Shown here: piece by piece, positions 36,283 through 45,826 of the stretch
Layout of the letters: every line of letters starts with the position of its first letter
Numbering within the stretch: the first letter of the stretch is position 1
Notes under the pieces: model-generated
What the model saw: the letters and a program-made list of their open reading frames with translations, nothing else
Databases searched by the model: none
Told to the model about the DNA's origin: nothing
Assembly: GCA_020847735.1 (NCBI GenBank)
Contig: JADLBL010000020.1
Span: forward strand, 69,632-133,631
Length of the DNA: 64,000 nt
Source: Candidatus Eiseniibacteriota bacterium
GTDB taxonomy: Bacteria > Eisenbacteria > RBG-16-71-46
Reading direction: 5' to 3'
Translations under genes and position numbers: made by a program

Positions 36283-37224
36283 ATGGAGCCCGAAACTCGC
36301 GCGTCCGCTGGCGAAGCCACGACCGGTAGACCGGACTGGTCCGCTTCGATCGAACACCCGGCAAGGGAAACGGATCTCGTGGACACGACAACTGAGCCCG
36401 GAACTCGTTCGGCCCCGCTGCCCCTCGCCGCGGCTTCCCCTGCCGTTCGGCCGCGCCCGTTGAACGGCAACGGCCATTCGGCCGCGGGAACCCACGGCTA
36501 CGCGAACGGCCACGCCCGCCCGCGACCGGGCGCTCACCCGGTGCGGGGAGGCGCCCGCATCGCCGTCACCGCGACCTCGCCCGCGCACGTCGTGCCGTTC
36601 GAAACGCCGCGCCAGGCGGGACTCTACCTGCGCTTCGGCAAGCGCCTGCTCGACCTTGCCGGAGCGGCGGTCGCGATGGTGCTGTCCGCACCCGTCGTCG
36701 CGATCCTCGCGGCGCTCATCCGGCTCGAATCCCGCGGCCCGGTGTTCTACAGGTCGGTTCGCATCGGTCGCGGCGGGCGCCCGTTCGTCTTCTACAAGCT
36801 GCGCTCGATGGTCAAGGACGCCGACCTCGAACGCCGTCACCTCGAGCACATGAACGAGTGTGACGGGCCCGTCTTCAAGATCGAGCGCGATCCGCGCGTC
36901 ACGCGCATCGGCCGCTTCCTGCGCTCGACCAGCCTCGACGAGTTGCCGCAGTTCTACAACGTCCTTGTCGGCGACATGAGCCTCGTCGGGCCGCGGCCGC
37001 CGATCCCCGCCGAGGTGGCGCAGTACGAGCCGTGGCAGCTGCGGCGGCTCGACGTGCGGCCGGGCATCACCTGCCTGTGGCAGATCAGCGGTCGCAGCCG
37101 GATCGGATTCCAGGAGTGGATGCGGCTCGACCTCGAGTACATCCGCCACCAGTCGCTGGCACTCGACCTCAAGATCCTGGCGCGCACGCTGCCGGCGGTG
37201 CTGTCCCGGGAGGGGGCCTACTGA
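36283..37224 (+). CDS. Polyprenyl-phosphate sugar-1-phosphate transferase (bacterial sugar transferase, WbaP/WcaJ/EpsL C-terminal-domain type) - priming glycosyltransferase
   Basis: Single TM (LLDLAGAAVAMVLSAPVVAILAALI) followed by PVFYRSVRIGRGGRPFVFYKLRSM...DELPQFYNVLVGDMSLVGPRP, the PF02397 signature. Has a roughly 100-aa low-complexity N-terminal extension; the true start may be further downstream. Confidence 0.85.
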   Translation: MEPETRASAGEATTGRPDWSASIEHPARETDLVDTTTEPGTRSAPLPLAAASPAVRPRPLNGNGHSAAGTHGYANGHARPRPGAHPVRGGARIAVTATSPAHVVPFETPRQAGLYLRFGKRLLDLAGAAVAMVLSAPVVAILAALIRLESRGPVFYRSVRIGRGGRPFVFYKLRSMVKDADLERRHLEHMNECDGPVFKIERDPRVTRIGRFLRSTSLDELPQFYNVLVGDMSLVGPRPPIPAEVAQYEPWQLRRLDVRPGITCLWQISGRSRIGFQEWMRLDLEYIRHQSLALDLKILARTLPAVLSREGAY

Positions 37225-38810
37225 CGGGAGCGAGCGTTCGCGACAGCGCGCACCTGCGGCCGGCCGCTGACCCCAATCCCGCCCCGCTCGACTCGGCCCT
37301 GTTCCGCACCCTCGCCGCCGCGACCCTCGTGGCGGCGCTCCTGCGCTTCTACCGCCTCGGCGGACCGAGCCTGTGGATCGACGAGATCTTCACCTGGCTC
37401 GCGAGCGGCGGGGGCGGACCGCTCGCGTGGCGCGACCTGCTCGGGGACGTGCACGGCCCGCTGCACACGCTCGCCGTCCACCTGTCCTGGAGCGCGTTCG
37501 GAGTTTCGGAGTGGGCGCTCCGGCTGCCGGGCGCGGTCGCGGGAGTGCTGACGGTGCCGGCGATCGCCTGGGTGGCGTTTCGCTGGCTCGGGCGGGAAAC
37601 CGCGGCCCCGGCCGCCTGGCTGGCGGCGGCTTCGCCGTTCCTGGTCCGCTACTCGCAGGAGGCGCGCGGTTACTCGTGGGTCGTGCTCGGAACCTGCGCG
37701 AGCGTCGCGTTGCTGCTCGAGCTCCAGCGCCGGTGCGACGCGCGGGGAGTCGCGGCCTGGTTCCTGGCGACCGCGTTCGGCGCGCTGTCCAATCCGTCCT
37801 TCGCGCTGCTGGCGCCGCTGCAACTGCGGTTGTGGCTGGCGGGCGACCCGGCGACGCGACGCGCCCGGCGGCGCTGGCTGGGCGTCGGGGCGCTCGCGGC
37901 GCTGCTGCTCGCCGCCGCGCTCGCGCCGCCCGTGCTCAGGACCTGGGACTGGAGCCGGCTCGCGCCCGCTCGCGCTCCGGTCGCGGGCGAATCGCCGCTG
38001 CGTGGCGCGACCACGCTCCACCCGGGGGCGATCCCGTTCGCGCTGCACGCGTTCGCGGTCGGTTACACGCTCGGGCCGTCGCTTCGCGAGCTGCGCGCCG
38101 ACGTCGGGCCGGCGGTGTTGCTGCGGCACGCGCCCGAGCTCGTGACCGTCACGCTCGTCTTCGGCGCGGCCGGGCTGCTCGGACTCGCGGCGCTCGCGCG
38201 ACGGCGCCGGCTGATGGACGCCCTGCTCTGGCTCGCCGCCCCGGCGCTGGTCGTGGTTTACTTCGCGATGCAGAACTTCAAGGTCTTCAATCCGCGGTAC
38301 CTCGCCGTGTCGCTGCCGGCCTTTCTGCTCGTCGTCGCGGCAGGCTGGGCCGACCGGGGCGCGCTCGGGCGCCGGTTGCTCGGCGGGGCGATCGCGCTGC
38401 TGTGGGCCGTGTCGCTCTTCCACCACTACTTCGACCCGGGATACGCGCGCGAGGACTACCGCGCCGCGCTGTCCACGGTCCGCCGGGGGATCGCCCCCGG
38501 CGAGCAGGTGCTGGCGGTCGGGGCGATGGAGCCGGTGGACTTCTACGGCCGGGGACTCCCGGTGCGGCATCTGTGGCTCGGCTTCGCCGCCGATTCCACG
38601 AGGCTGGAGCAGGAACTCGCGCGCGCGCTGTCGGGCGTGCGGGGGACGTGGGTGGTGCTGAGCCGGAGCGAGGATCTCGACCCGGCGGGGCGCTTTGCGA
38701 AGCGGATGGACGAAATCGCACCCGGCGCGCGGAGCGGGTATCCGGGCGTGCGGGTCTGGCACGTCTCGCGGCCGCCGGACGGGAACGATCGCCCGGTGCC
38801 GGGGAACTGA
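37116..38810 (+). CDS. GT-C glycosyltransferase, ArnT/PMT-like (GT39/GT83 family, PMT_2 domain)
   Basis: LLRFYRLGGPSLWIDEIFTW matches the RLxxLxxxSLWxDE first-loop signature of ArnT/PMT-type lipid-linked sugar transferases. More than 10 TM helices. The start is uncertain: GTG at 37116 or later, since the ORF overlaps the upstream gene and has no in-frame ATG near the 5' end. Confidence 0.75.
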   Translation: MDAARPRVHPPPVAGTRPQDPGAHAAGGAVPGGGLLTGASVRDSAHLRPAADPNPAPLDSALFRTLAAATLVAALLRFYRLGGPSLWIDEIFTWLASGGGGPLAWRDLLGDVHGPLHTLAVHLSWSAFGVSEWALRLPGAVAGVLTVPAIAWVAFRWLGRETAAPAAWLAAASPFLVRYSQEARGYSWVVLGTCASVALLLELQRRCDARGVAAWFLATAFGALSNPSFALLAPLQLRLWLAGDPATRRARRRWLGVGALAALLLAAALAPPVLRTWDWSRLAPARAPVAGESPLRGATTLHPGAIPFALHAFAVGYTLGPSLRELRADVGPAVLLRHAPELVTVTLVFGAAGLLGLAALARRRRLMDALLWLAAPALVVVYFAMQNFKVFNPRYLAVSLPAFLLVVAAGWADRGALGRRLLGGAIALLWAVSLFHHYFDPGYAREDYRAALSTVRRGIAPGEQVLAVGAMEPVDFYGRGLPVRHLWLGFAADSTRLEQELARALSGVRGTWVVLSRSEDLDPAGRFAKRMDEIAPGARSGYPGVRVWHVSRPPDGNDRPVPGN

Positions 38811-38857
38811 GCGGCCCGAAACGGGAGGCGGCGCCCGACGCCGCGAGAGGAACGCGC

Positions 38858-40174
38858 ATGCAGGTCGTGGTCGTCGGTCTGGGTTACGTGGGCTCCGTCT
38901 GCTCCGCCTGCCTCGCGGGGCGCGGTCATTCCGTCGTCGGCGTGGACACGAGCCGCTTCAAGGTGGACTGCCTGCTCCGGGGCGAGAGCCCGATCGTCGA
39001 GAAGGGCCTCGGCGCGCTGATCGCCGAGGGCCGCGCCTCGGGCCGCCTGCACGCCACGACCGACATCCGCGAGGCCATGCCGGGCGCGGACGTCGTGCTG
39101 GTCTGCGTCGGCACGCCGTCGGCGGAGGACGGCTCGCTCGACCTCGGGCACGTGAGCCGCGCCTGCGCCGAGGTGGGCTCGGCGCTGACCCTCACGGGGA
39201 GGTTCACCACGCTCGTCATGCGCAGCACCATGCTGCCCGGCTCGGTGCTGGAGCGGCTCGCGCCGGTGATCGAGCAGGCCAGCGGCGGTCGCGCGGGCGC
39301 GGACTTCGGCATCGCCTACAATCCCGAGTTCCTGCGCGAGGGCAGCGCGGTCGCCGACTTCTTCGGCGCCGAGTACACCGTCATCGGCGCGGGCTGCGAG
39401 CGCTCCGCCGCCGCGCTCGAGGAACTCTACCGGGACGTCGGCGGCGAGCAGGTCGTGACCTCCATCCCGGTGGCCGAGATGCTCAAGTACGTCAACAACT
39501 CCTTCCACGCGCTCAAGGTCTCGTTCGCGAACGAGATCGGCCGGATCTGCAAGCGCGAGGGCATCGACAGTCACGAAGTGATGCGGATCATGGTCAAGGA
39601 CACCAAGCTCAACCTGTCGCCCTACTACCTGAGCCCCGGTTTCGCCTTCGGCGGCTCGTGCCTGCCCAAGGACGTGCGCGCCATCACCGCCCGCTCGCGC
39701 GAGCATCGGCTCGAGCTGCCGGTGCTGCAGAACATCCTTCGCTCGAACGACGTTCACGTGGAGGAAGCCATCCACCTCGTCGAGAAACTCCGGCAGCGGC
39801 GGCTGGGCTTCCTCGGGCTGTCGTTCAAGGCCGGCACCGACGACCTGCGCGAGAGCCCGATCCTGCGCGTCGTCGGCACGCTGGTCGGCAAGGGCTACGC
39901 GATCCTGCTGCACGACCCGAACCTCGACATGGAGCGCGTGCTCGGGGCGAACCGGCGCTTCGTCGAGGACGAAGTGCCCTACCTCGCCGAGCGGCTGCGC
40001 ACGGACCTCGAGGAGGTGATCGCGGGCAGCGACGTGCTCGTGATCGGCAACCGCTCTCCCGAGTACCGGGACATCGGCGCGCGGCTCCGGCCCGGGCAGG
40101 CGGTCGTGGATCTCGTCGCGGCGGTGGACCGGAGCACGGTCCGCGCCGGGGACTACCATGGCCTCGCCTGGTAG
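38858..40174 (+). CDS. Nucleotide-sugar 6-dehydrogenase (UDP-glucose/GDP-mannose dehydrogenase family)
   Basis: MQVVVVGLGYVGSVCSACLA (NAD-binding GxGxxG), GFAFGGSCLPKDV (catalytic Cys), LGLSFKAGTDDLRESP (UDPG_MGDP_dh C-terminal). GAGAGG RBS upstream. Confidence 0.9.
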   Translation: MQVVVVGLGYVGSVCSACLAGRGHSVVGVDTSRFKVDCLLRGESPIVEKGLGALIAEGRASGRLHATTDIREAMPGADVVLVCVGTPSAEDGSLDLGHVSRACAEVGSALTLTGRFTTLVMRSTMLPGSVLERLAPVIEQASGGRAGADFGIAYNPEFLREGSAVADFFGAEYTVIGAGCERSAAALEELYRDVGGEQVVTSIPVAEMLKYVNNSFHALKVSFANEIGRICKREGIDSHEVMRIMVKDTKLNLSPYYLSPGFAFGGSCLPKDVRAITARSREHRLELPVLQNILRSNDVHVEEAIHLVEKLRQRRLGFLGLSFKAGTDDLRESPILRVVGTLVGKGYAILLHDPNLDMERVLGANRRFVEDEVPYLAERLRTDLEEVIAGSDVLVIGNRSPEYRDIGARLRPGQAVVDLVAAVDRSTVRAGDYHGLAW

Positions 40175-41375
40175 GGTCCTGCACCTGTCCGAGAACCTGA
40201 CGCTGCCGTTCGACCGGCGCGTGTGGCTGGAACTGGGCGCGCTGCGCTCCGCCGGCTGGGAGGTCTCGGCCATCTGCCCGACGGGGGAGGGCGGAACCGA
40301 GGCGCACGAGGTGCTCGACGGCATCCACATCTGGCGCTACCCGGCGCCGCCGGAGACCCGGGGATTCCTGAGCTACGCCTGGGAGTTCCTCTACTGCTGG
40401 CTGCAGACGGCGCGGCTCACGCTGCTCGTTTCCGCCCGCCGCGGCTTCGACGTGATCCACACCGCGAATCCGCCCGACCTCTTCTGGGCGATCGCGCTGC
40501 CGTTCAAGGCGCTCGGCGTCAAGTTCGTCTTCGATCACCACGACCTGTGCCCGGAGCTCTACCTGTCGCGGTTCGGCGAACGAAAAGCCGGCTCGCTTCC
40601 GCACCGGCTCCTGCAGTGGCTCGAGCGCATGCAGTACCGGACCGCGGATCTCGTCGTCGCCACGAACGAGTCGTACCGGCAGGTCGCGCTCGCGCGGGGC
40701 GGAAAGCGTCCCGAACAGGTGCGCGTCGTGCGCAGCGGCCCGAGCCGGAAGCGCTTCGGCCTGCTTCGCGAGCCGGACCCGGCCCTGCGCCGCGGGCGGC
40801 CCTTCCTGGTCGCCTATCTCGGCGTGATGGCGCCGCAGGACGGGGTGGACCACCTGGTGCGCGCGGCGAAGGTGATCGTCCAGGACCACGCACGATCGGA
40901 CGTGGCCTTCACCTTCATCGGCGCCGGCGACTCCTTCACCGAGCTGCGCCAGCTGGTTCGCGATCTCGGTCTCGAGGACGCCTGTCAGTTCACCGGGCGG
41001 ATTCCCGACGCCGACGTGGAACGCATCCTCGTGACGGCCGACGTGTGTGTCAGCCCCGACCCGAAGAATCCGCTCAACGACGTGAGCACGATGAACAAGG
41101 TGCTCGAATACATGGCGTGCGCGAAGCCCGTCGTGTGCTACGACCTGCGGGAACACCGCTGGTCGGCCGGCGAGGGGGCGCTTTACGCGGTGGCCGACGA
41201 CGTGTCGGACCTCGCCGCGCGCATCGAGCAGCTGCTGGCCGACCCCGAAATGCGCGCCCGGATGGGCGCCTACAACCGCGAGCGGTTCCTGTCGAAGATG
41301 GCATGGGAGCACAACGCGGGCGAACTGTTGAAGGCCTACGCATGGCTCACCGCGGCACCGAACCGAAACCGCTGA
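40158..41375 (+). CDS. Glycosyltransferase family 4
   Basis: GT-B fold. The C-terminal ...NKVLEYMACAKPVV... region is typical of GT4/WcaL-like enzymes. Confidence 0.75.
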   Translation: MASPGRVLHLSENLTLPFDRRVWLELGALRSAGWEVSAICPTGEGGTEAHEVLDGIHIWRYPAPPETRGFLSYAWEFLYCWLQTARLTLLVSARRGFDVIHTANPPDLFWAIALPFKALGVKFVFDHHDLCPELYLSRFGERKAGSLPHRLLQWLERMQYRTADLVVATNESYRQVALARGGKRPEQVRVVRSGPSRKRFGLLREPDPALRRGRPFLVAYLGVMAPQDGVDHLVRAAKVIVQDHARSDVAFTFIGAGDSFTELRQLVRDLGLEDACQFTGRIPDADVERILVTADVCVSPDPKNPLNDVSTMNKVLEYMACAKPVVCYDLREHRWSAGEGALYAVADDVSDLAARIEQLLADPEMRARMGAYNRERFLSKMAWEHNAGELLKAYAWLTAAPNRNR

Positions 41376-42544
41376 ACGTGCTGCTCGCCGAGAGCGGGCG
41401 GAGCATGGGCGGCACCGAGCGCGTCGTCTGGGAGCTGGCGACCCGGCTGCCCGCGCAACGCTACGCGGTGCGCGTGTGGCTCAGCCCCGCCGCGGCGCTC
41501 GACGAGTTCGCCGCCGCGCTCGCCGCCCGCGGACTGCCGGTCGAGCGCGTCGCCGAGGTGGATTCGCGCTGGGACGTGCGCGGCATGGTGGACACCTGGT
41601 CGAAGCTGCGGCGGGCGAAGCCCGACGTGCTGCACGTCCACCACGTCTGGCCGGCCGCCGACCGCTACCTGGCGACGCTCGCGCGCGCCGCCGGAGTGCC
41701 CCGCCTGGTCGTGACCGAGCACATCGTGGGCGAATCGCACTCGGGCGGCCAGCGTGCGCTCAAGCGCGACGAGCTCGCCCGCGCCGACGCGGTGACGGCC
41801 GTCTGCGGCGCGGTGGCCGACACGCTCGTGCGCGACTACGGCGTCGGACGCGGTCGCGTGCGCGTCGTGCCCAACGGCGCCGACCTGCCCGACGAGGAGG
41901 CGGAGGCGCCGCTGGCGCGCCTGTGGCGCGAGCGCTTCGCGGCGGGCCTGCTCCGTCCGCTGTGGGTCGTCGCCGCGCGGCTCGAGGAGCAGAAGGGGCA
42001 CGCGGTGCTTCTCGACGCGCTCGCCGAGGTCTGGAAGCGCGGGCTCGACTTCACGCTCGCGGTCGCCGGGGACGGCTCGCTGCGCGGAGCGCTCGAGGAA
42101 CGGGCGCGGCAGCTGGGCATTGACCGGCGCACGCATTTCCTCGGCGCCCTCGACGACCTCGGGGGCCTGCTGGCCGCGGCCGACGCCGTCGTGCTGCCCT
42201 CGAAGTGGGAGGGGCTGCCGCTGACGCTGCTCGAGGCCATGGCGCGCGGACGCCCGGTCGTCGCCAGCGCGGTCGGCGGGGTGCCCGAGGTGGTCGAACA
42301 CGGCGAGAACGGCTGGCTCGTCCCCGCGGGCGACGTGGCGGCGCTCGCGGACGCGCTCGAGCTGTTCCACCGCAAGCCGGAGCGCGCGCTGCGCCTGGGC
42401 CGCGCCGCCGCGGCGCTGGTCCGGAGCGACTACCACTGGCAGGCCGTCGTCGAGGGATTCGAAAGCGTCTACGACGAGGTGGTCGGACTGGCCACCTTCT
42501 CGCCCGACGGGACATCCTCCGACTCGCGCGGGAGCGGAAGATGA
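41342..42544 (+). CDS. Glycosyltransferase family 4
   Basis: VLPSKWEGLPLTLLEAMARGRPVVASAVGGVPEVVEHGENGWLV is the canonical GT4 E-x7-E region. Confidence 0.85.
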   Translation: MAHRGTEPKPLNVLLAESGRSMGGTERVVWELATRLPAQRYAVRVWLSPAAALDEFAAALAARGLPVERVAEVDSRWDVRGMVDTWSKLRRAKPDVLHVHHVWPAADRYLATLARAAGVPRLVVTEHIVGESHSGGQRALKRDELARADAVTAVCGAVADTLVRDYGVGRGRVRVVPNGADLPDEEAEAPLARLWRERFAAGLLRPLWVVAARLEEQKGHAVLLDALAEVWKRGLDFTLAVAGDGSLRGALEERARQLGIDRRTHFLGALDDLGGLLAAADAVVLPSKWEGLPLTLLEAMARGRPVVASAVGGVPEVVEHGENGWLVPAGDVAALADALELFHRKPERALRLGRAAAALVRSDYHWQAVVEGFESVYDEVVGLATFSPDGTSSDSRGSGR

Positions 42545-43515
42545 ACCTCGGCGTCGTGATTCCCTGCTACCGGCAGGAGCGCTTCCTGCCGCGCACGCTG
42601 GCCGCGCTCGAGCACGCGCTGAAGGACCGGAGCTGGAGCGGCGCGCTGGTGCTCGCGGATCCGGGCGGCTCGGGCGCCCTGCCCGAGCTTTCCCCGCACT
42701 GGACGGTGGTGCGCGCGGGCTCGGACCGGCCGCTGACCCCCGGCGCCGCCCGCAACGCGGGACTGGCGCGCTGCGCGCCGCCGTGGGTGCTGTTCGTGGA
42801 CGCCGACGTCGAAGTGAATGCGTCGTGGCTCGAGCGCGCGCTGCACGAGGCCGCTTCGGCCGACGCCGGGCTGGCCGGGCTGTGGGCGCGGCTCGAGGAG
42901 TGGTTCACGGACGGCCCGGGAGAGCGTCCGGGAGCGCCCGATCTGTACCGGATCGGCGACGCGCCCCGTGAATGCGACTACCTGGCGACGCTGGCGCTGT
43001 ACCGCACCGAGGCGCTCCGCGCCACGGGCGCCTACGACGCGCGGCTTCGCAGCGAGGAGGATTTCGAGCTCGGTCTGCGCCTGCGAACCGCGGGCTTCCG
43101 CCTGCGCAGCACCGGTGGCCTGGCGGGCCGGCACTGGAGCGCGCCGCGCCCGAGCTTCGGCGAGATCGGCCGGCGCTGGCGCAGCGGGCTCTGCTTCGGC
43201 CAGGGTCAGGTGCTGCGGCTCTACCTCGGGCGCGCCGGCCTCGGTTCGCACCTGCGACGACAGGCGCACTACCTCGCGATGCTCGCGGTGTGGCTGGCCG
43301 CGCCGCTCGCCTGGGCGGCGGGCGGCGCGAAGGGACTGGCGTTCTGGTCGCTCGTGCCGCTCGGGTTGCTGCTGCTGATGACGCTGCGCAAGCGCAGCGC
43401 CCGGCTCGCCGTGCACTCGCTGCTCACCTGGTCGGTCAACGCGGCGGGCCTGGTCGTCGGCTTCGTGCGGGGCGCGGAACGCGTGCCGGCGCTTCCCGGG
43501 GAGTCGCCGTGCTGA
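42541..43515 (+). CDS. Glycosyltransferase family 2 with C-terminal TM helices
   Basis: LGVVIPCYRQERFLPRTL ... FVDADVEV (DxD) ... EDFELGLRL. Hydrophobic C-terminus. Confidence 0.75.
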   Translation: MNLGVVIPCYRQERFLPRTLAALEHALKDRSWSGALVLADPGGSGALPELSPHWTVVRAGSDRPLTPGAARNAGLARCAPPWVLFVDADVEVNASWLERALHEAASADAGLAGLWARLEEWFTDGPGERPGAPDLYRIGDAPRECDYLATLALYRTEALRATGAYDARLRSEEDFELGLRLRTAGFRLRSTGGLAGRHWSAPRPSFGEIGRRWRSGLCFGQGQVLRLYLGRAGLGSHLRRQAHYLAMLAVWLAAPLAWAAGGAKGLAFWSLVPLGLLLLMTLRKRSARLAVHSLLTWSVNAAGLVVGFVRGAERVPALPGESPC

Positions 43516-44690
43516 TCCACTCCGCGGTGGACAACGACATCCATCCGCCGCGCTTCGGCGGGGCGCAGCGCTCCTTCGGGCTGGCGCGCGGGCTGGCGCG
43601 CCGGCACGAGGTGCGCGTCCTGTGCGTGACCCCGAACCGGGCCCCCGGACCGGAGCGGGAGCGCGTGGACGGCGTCGAGCTGGTGCGCCGCCGGTCGTGG
43701 CACACGAGCGTGGCCTGGCGGCTCGAGCGCGCGCGGCTCGCTCCGCTGTTCACCGCGGCGTCGGGCCATCGTGCGAACGCGAAGCGGTATGCCGCCGCGC
43801 TCGGCGCGGGCGCGGACGTGTTCGCGGCCGATCTGAACCTGGGCGGCATGCTCGGCGTCTCGAACGCGCCGCTCCGGCTGCACACCTCGCACAATGTCGA
43901 GTACGACCGCTTCCGCCGCTCGGCGCCGCCGGTGCTCGCGCGCTCGCGCTGGGCGGAGCGGCTCCGCCGCCTCGAGCAGCGCGCCGTGGACGCGGCGCAC
44001 GTCACGGTGGTGTGCACCGAGGAGGACGCCGCGCGCATGCGCGAACTCTACGGCCTGACCGCCGCGCGGCTCGAAGTCGTGCCGAACGGCTACGACGAGA
44101 CCCGCCTCGCCCCGCCCTCGGCCGGGGAGCGCCGGCGGGCCCGCCAGTCCCTCGGCTACGGCGAGAGCGACTACGTCGCGGTGTTCGTCGGGGCCGACTG
44201 GGGGCCCAATCGCGAGGCGCTTCGGCTGCTCACCGGGCGTGTGCTGCCGTCGCTCGCCGCCGACGGCGTCCGGCTGCTGGTCGTGGGCTCCGTCGGCCGG
44301 GCGATGCGCGGGCGCCGCGAGCCCTGGCTCAGGGTCACGGGCGAGGCGCCGGATCTGGCCCCGCTGCTGCACGCGGCCGACTGCGGCCTCAATCCGGTGC
44401 TCACGGGAGGCGGCAGCAACGTCAAGGTGCCCGGGTACCTGGCCTGCGGGCTCGCGGTGCTGAGCACGCCGTTCGGGATCCGCGGCTACGCGCCGCTCGA
44501 GCCGTACTGCACGGTGACCGGTCCGGACGGCTTCGCCGACGCGCTGCGCGCGCGCCCGCGCGGCTTCGCCTCGCGCGGCGAAGCGCCGCCGCCGGCGCTC
44601 GGCGAGTTCGCGTGGGGCCGCCTCGGAGAGCGGCTGGGCGAGCGTTGCGAGGCGCACCTCGCCTCGCGCGGTGCGAAAGGGGCGGCCTGA
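43509..44690 (+). CDS. Glycosyltransferase family 4
   Basis: GT-B fold with GT4-like C-terminal domain (NVKVPGYLACGLAVLSTPFG). GTG start overlapping the upstream stop. Confidence 0.7.
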   Translation: MLIHSAVDNDIHPPRFGGAQRSFGLARGLARRHEVRVLCVTPNRAPGPERERVDGVELVRRRSWHTSVAWRLERARLAPLFTAASGHRANAKRYAAALGAGADVFAADLNLGGMLGVSNAPLRLHTSHNVEYDRFRRSAPPVLARSRWAERLRRLEQRAVDAAHVTVVCTEEDAARMRELYGLTAARLEVVPNGYDETRLAPPSAGERRRARQSLGYGESDYVAVFVGADWGPNREALRLLTGRVLPSLAADGVRLLVVGSVGRAMRGRREPWLRVTGEAPDLAPLLHAADCGLNPVLTGGGSNVKVPGYLACGLAVLSTPFGIRGYAPLEPYCTVTGPDGFADALRARPRGFASRGEAPPPALGEFAWGRLGERLGERCEAHLASRGAKGAA

Positions 44691-45790
44691 TGCGCGTCGC
44701 GATGATCGGGCAGAAGGGCATTCCCGCCACCTACGGCGGCATCGAGCGTCACGTGGACGAGATCGCCCGCAGGCTGGTGCCCATGGACATCGACGTGGAC
44801 GTCTTCTGCCGGCTGCACTACACGCCGGCCGGCGCCACCTACCACGGCGTGCGGCTGCTGCGGCGCCCGAGCCTGCACACGAAGCACCTGGACGCGATCA
44901 CGCACGTCTCGTGGGCCACGCTGGAAGCCATGCTGAGGCGCTACGACGTCGTCCACTACCACGCGCTCGGGCCGGCGCTGCTCGCGGGACTGCCGCGCCT
45001 GACCGGCGCGAAGACGGTGGTCACGGTGCACGGACTGGACTGGAAGCGGGAGAAGTGGGGGCGCTTCGCGCGCTGGTTCCTGCACCGCTGCGAAGGGCCG
45101 GCGGTGAAGTTCCCGGATCGCACGATCGTGGTCAGCAAGACGCTGCGCGAGCATTTCCGCGCCGTGCACGGGGCCGAGACCGAGTTCATCCCCAACGGCA
45201 CCAGCCTGCCGCAGTCGCGGCCGGCCCGGAAGATCCTGTCGCTCGGCCTGACGCCCGGGAAGTACGTGCTGTTCGTCGGCAGGCTCGTGCCCGAGAAGGG
45301 CGTGCACTTCCTGTGCGAGGCGTTCCAGGGCATCGACACCGACATGACGCTCGCCCTGGCGGGCGGGCTGTCCTTCTCGGGCGACTACGCGGACCGGCTC
45401 CGCGCCTACGAGGGCGAGCGCATCAAGCGGCTGGATTACGTCTTCGGTGAGGCGCTCGAGGAGCTGTGGAGCAACGCCTACTGCGTGGTGCAGCCCTCGA
45501 CGATGGAGGGCCTTTCGATCGCGCTGCTCGAGGCGCTCTCGTACGGCCGCTGCGTGCTGATCTCGGACATCCCCGAGAACCTCGAGGTGGCCGAGGAATG
45601 CGGGCTCAGCTTCCGCAGCCAGGACGTCGGCGACCTGCGGGCGAAGCTCCAGTACCTGATCGGCAATCCCGGCGTCGTGGAGCGGTACGGCGAACGGGCG
45701 CGCCAGCACATCCTGCGTCACTACTCGTGGGACACGGTCGCGCAGGCGACGGCCGAGCTGTATCGCTCGGTGTGCGCGGGCAGGCCGTGA
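44690..45790 (+). CDS. Glycosyltransferase family 4
   Basis: VVQPSTMEGLSIALLEALSYGRCVLISD is the GT4 E-x7-E motif. Confidence 0.85.
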   Translation: MRVAMIGQKGIPATYGGIERHVDEIARRLVPMDIDVDVFCRLHYTPAGATYHGVRLLRRPSLHTKHLDAITHVSWATLEAMLRRYDVVHYHALGPALLAGLPRLTGAKTVVTVHGLDWKREKWGRFARWFLHRCEGPAVKFPDRTIVVSKTLREHFRAVHGAETEFIPNGTSLPQSRPARKILSLGLTPGKYVLFVGRLVPEKGVHFLCEAFQGIDTDMTLALAGGLSFSGDYADRLRAYEGERIKRLDYVFGEALEELWSNAYCVVQPSTMEGLSIALLEALSYGRCVLISDIPENLEVAEECGLSFRSQDVGDLRAKLQYLIGNPGVVERYGERARQHILRHYSWDTVAQATAELYRSVCAGRP

Positions 45791-45826
45791 CGCGCCGGGG
45801 CGGCGTGTGCTAATGCTGCCCCGCGA

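Noticed and set aside
37032-37224. 5' extension of the ArnT-like ORF overlapping the sugar transferase 3' end
   Set aside because: The overlap translation (MAAAAARRAAGHHLPVADQ...) is not membrane-like. The real start is probably a non-ATG codon nearer 37116-37260. Reported as a gene with uncertain start rather than with the full ORF.
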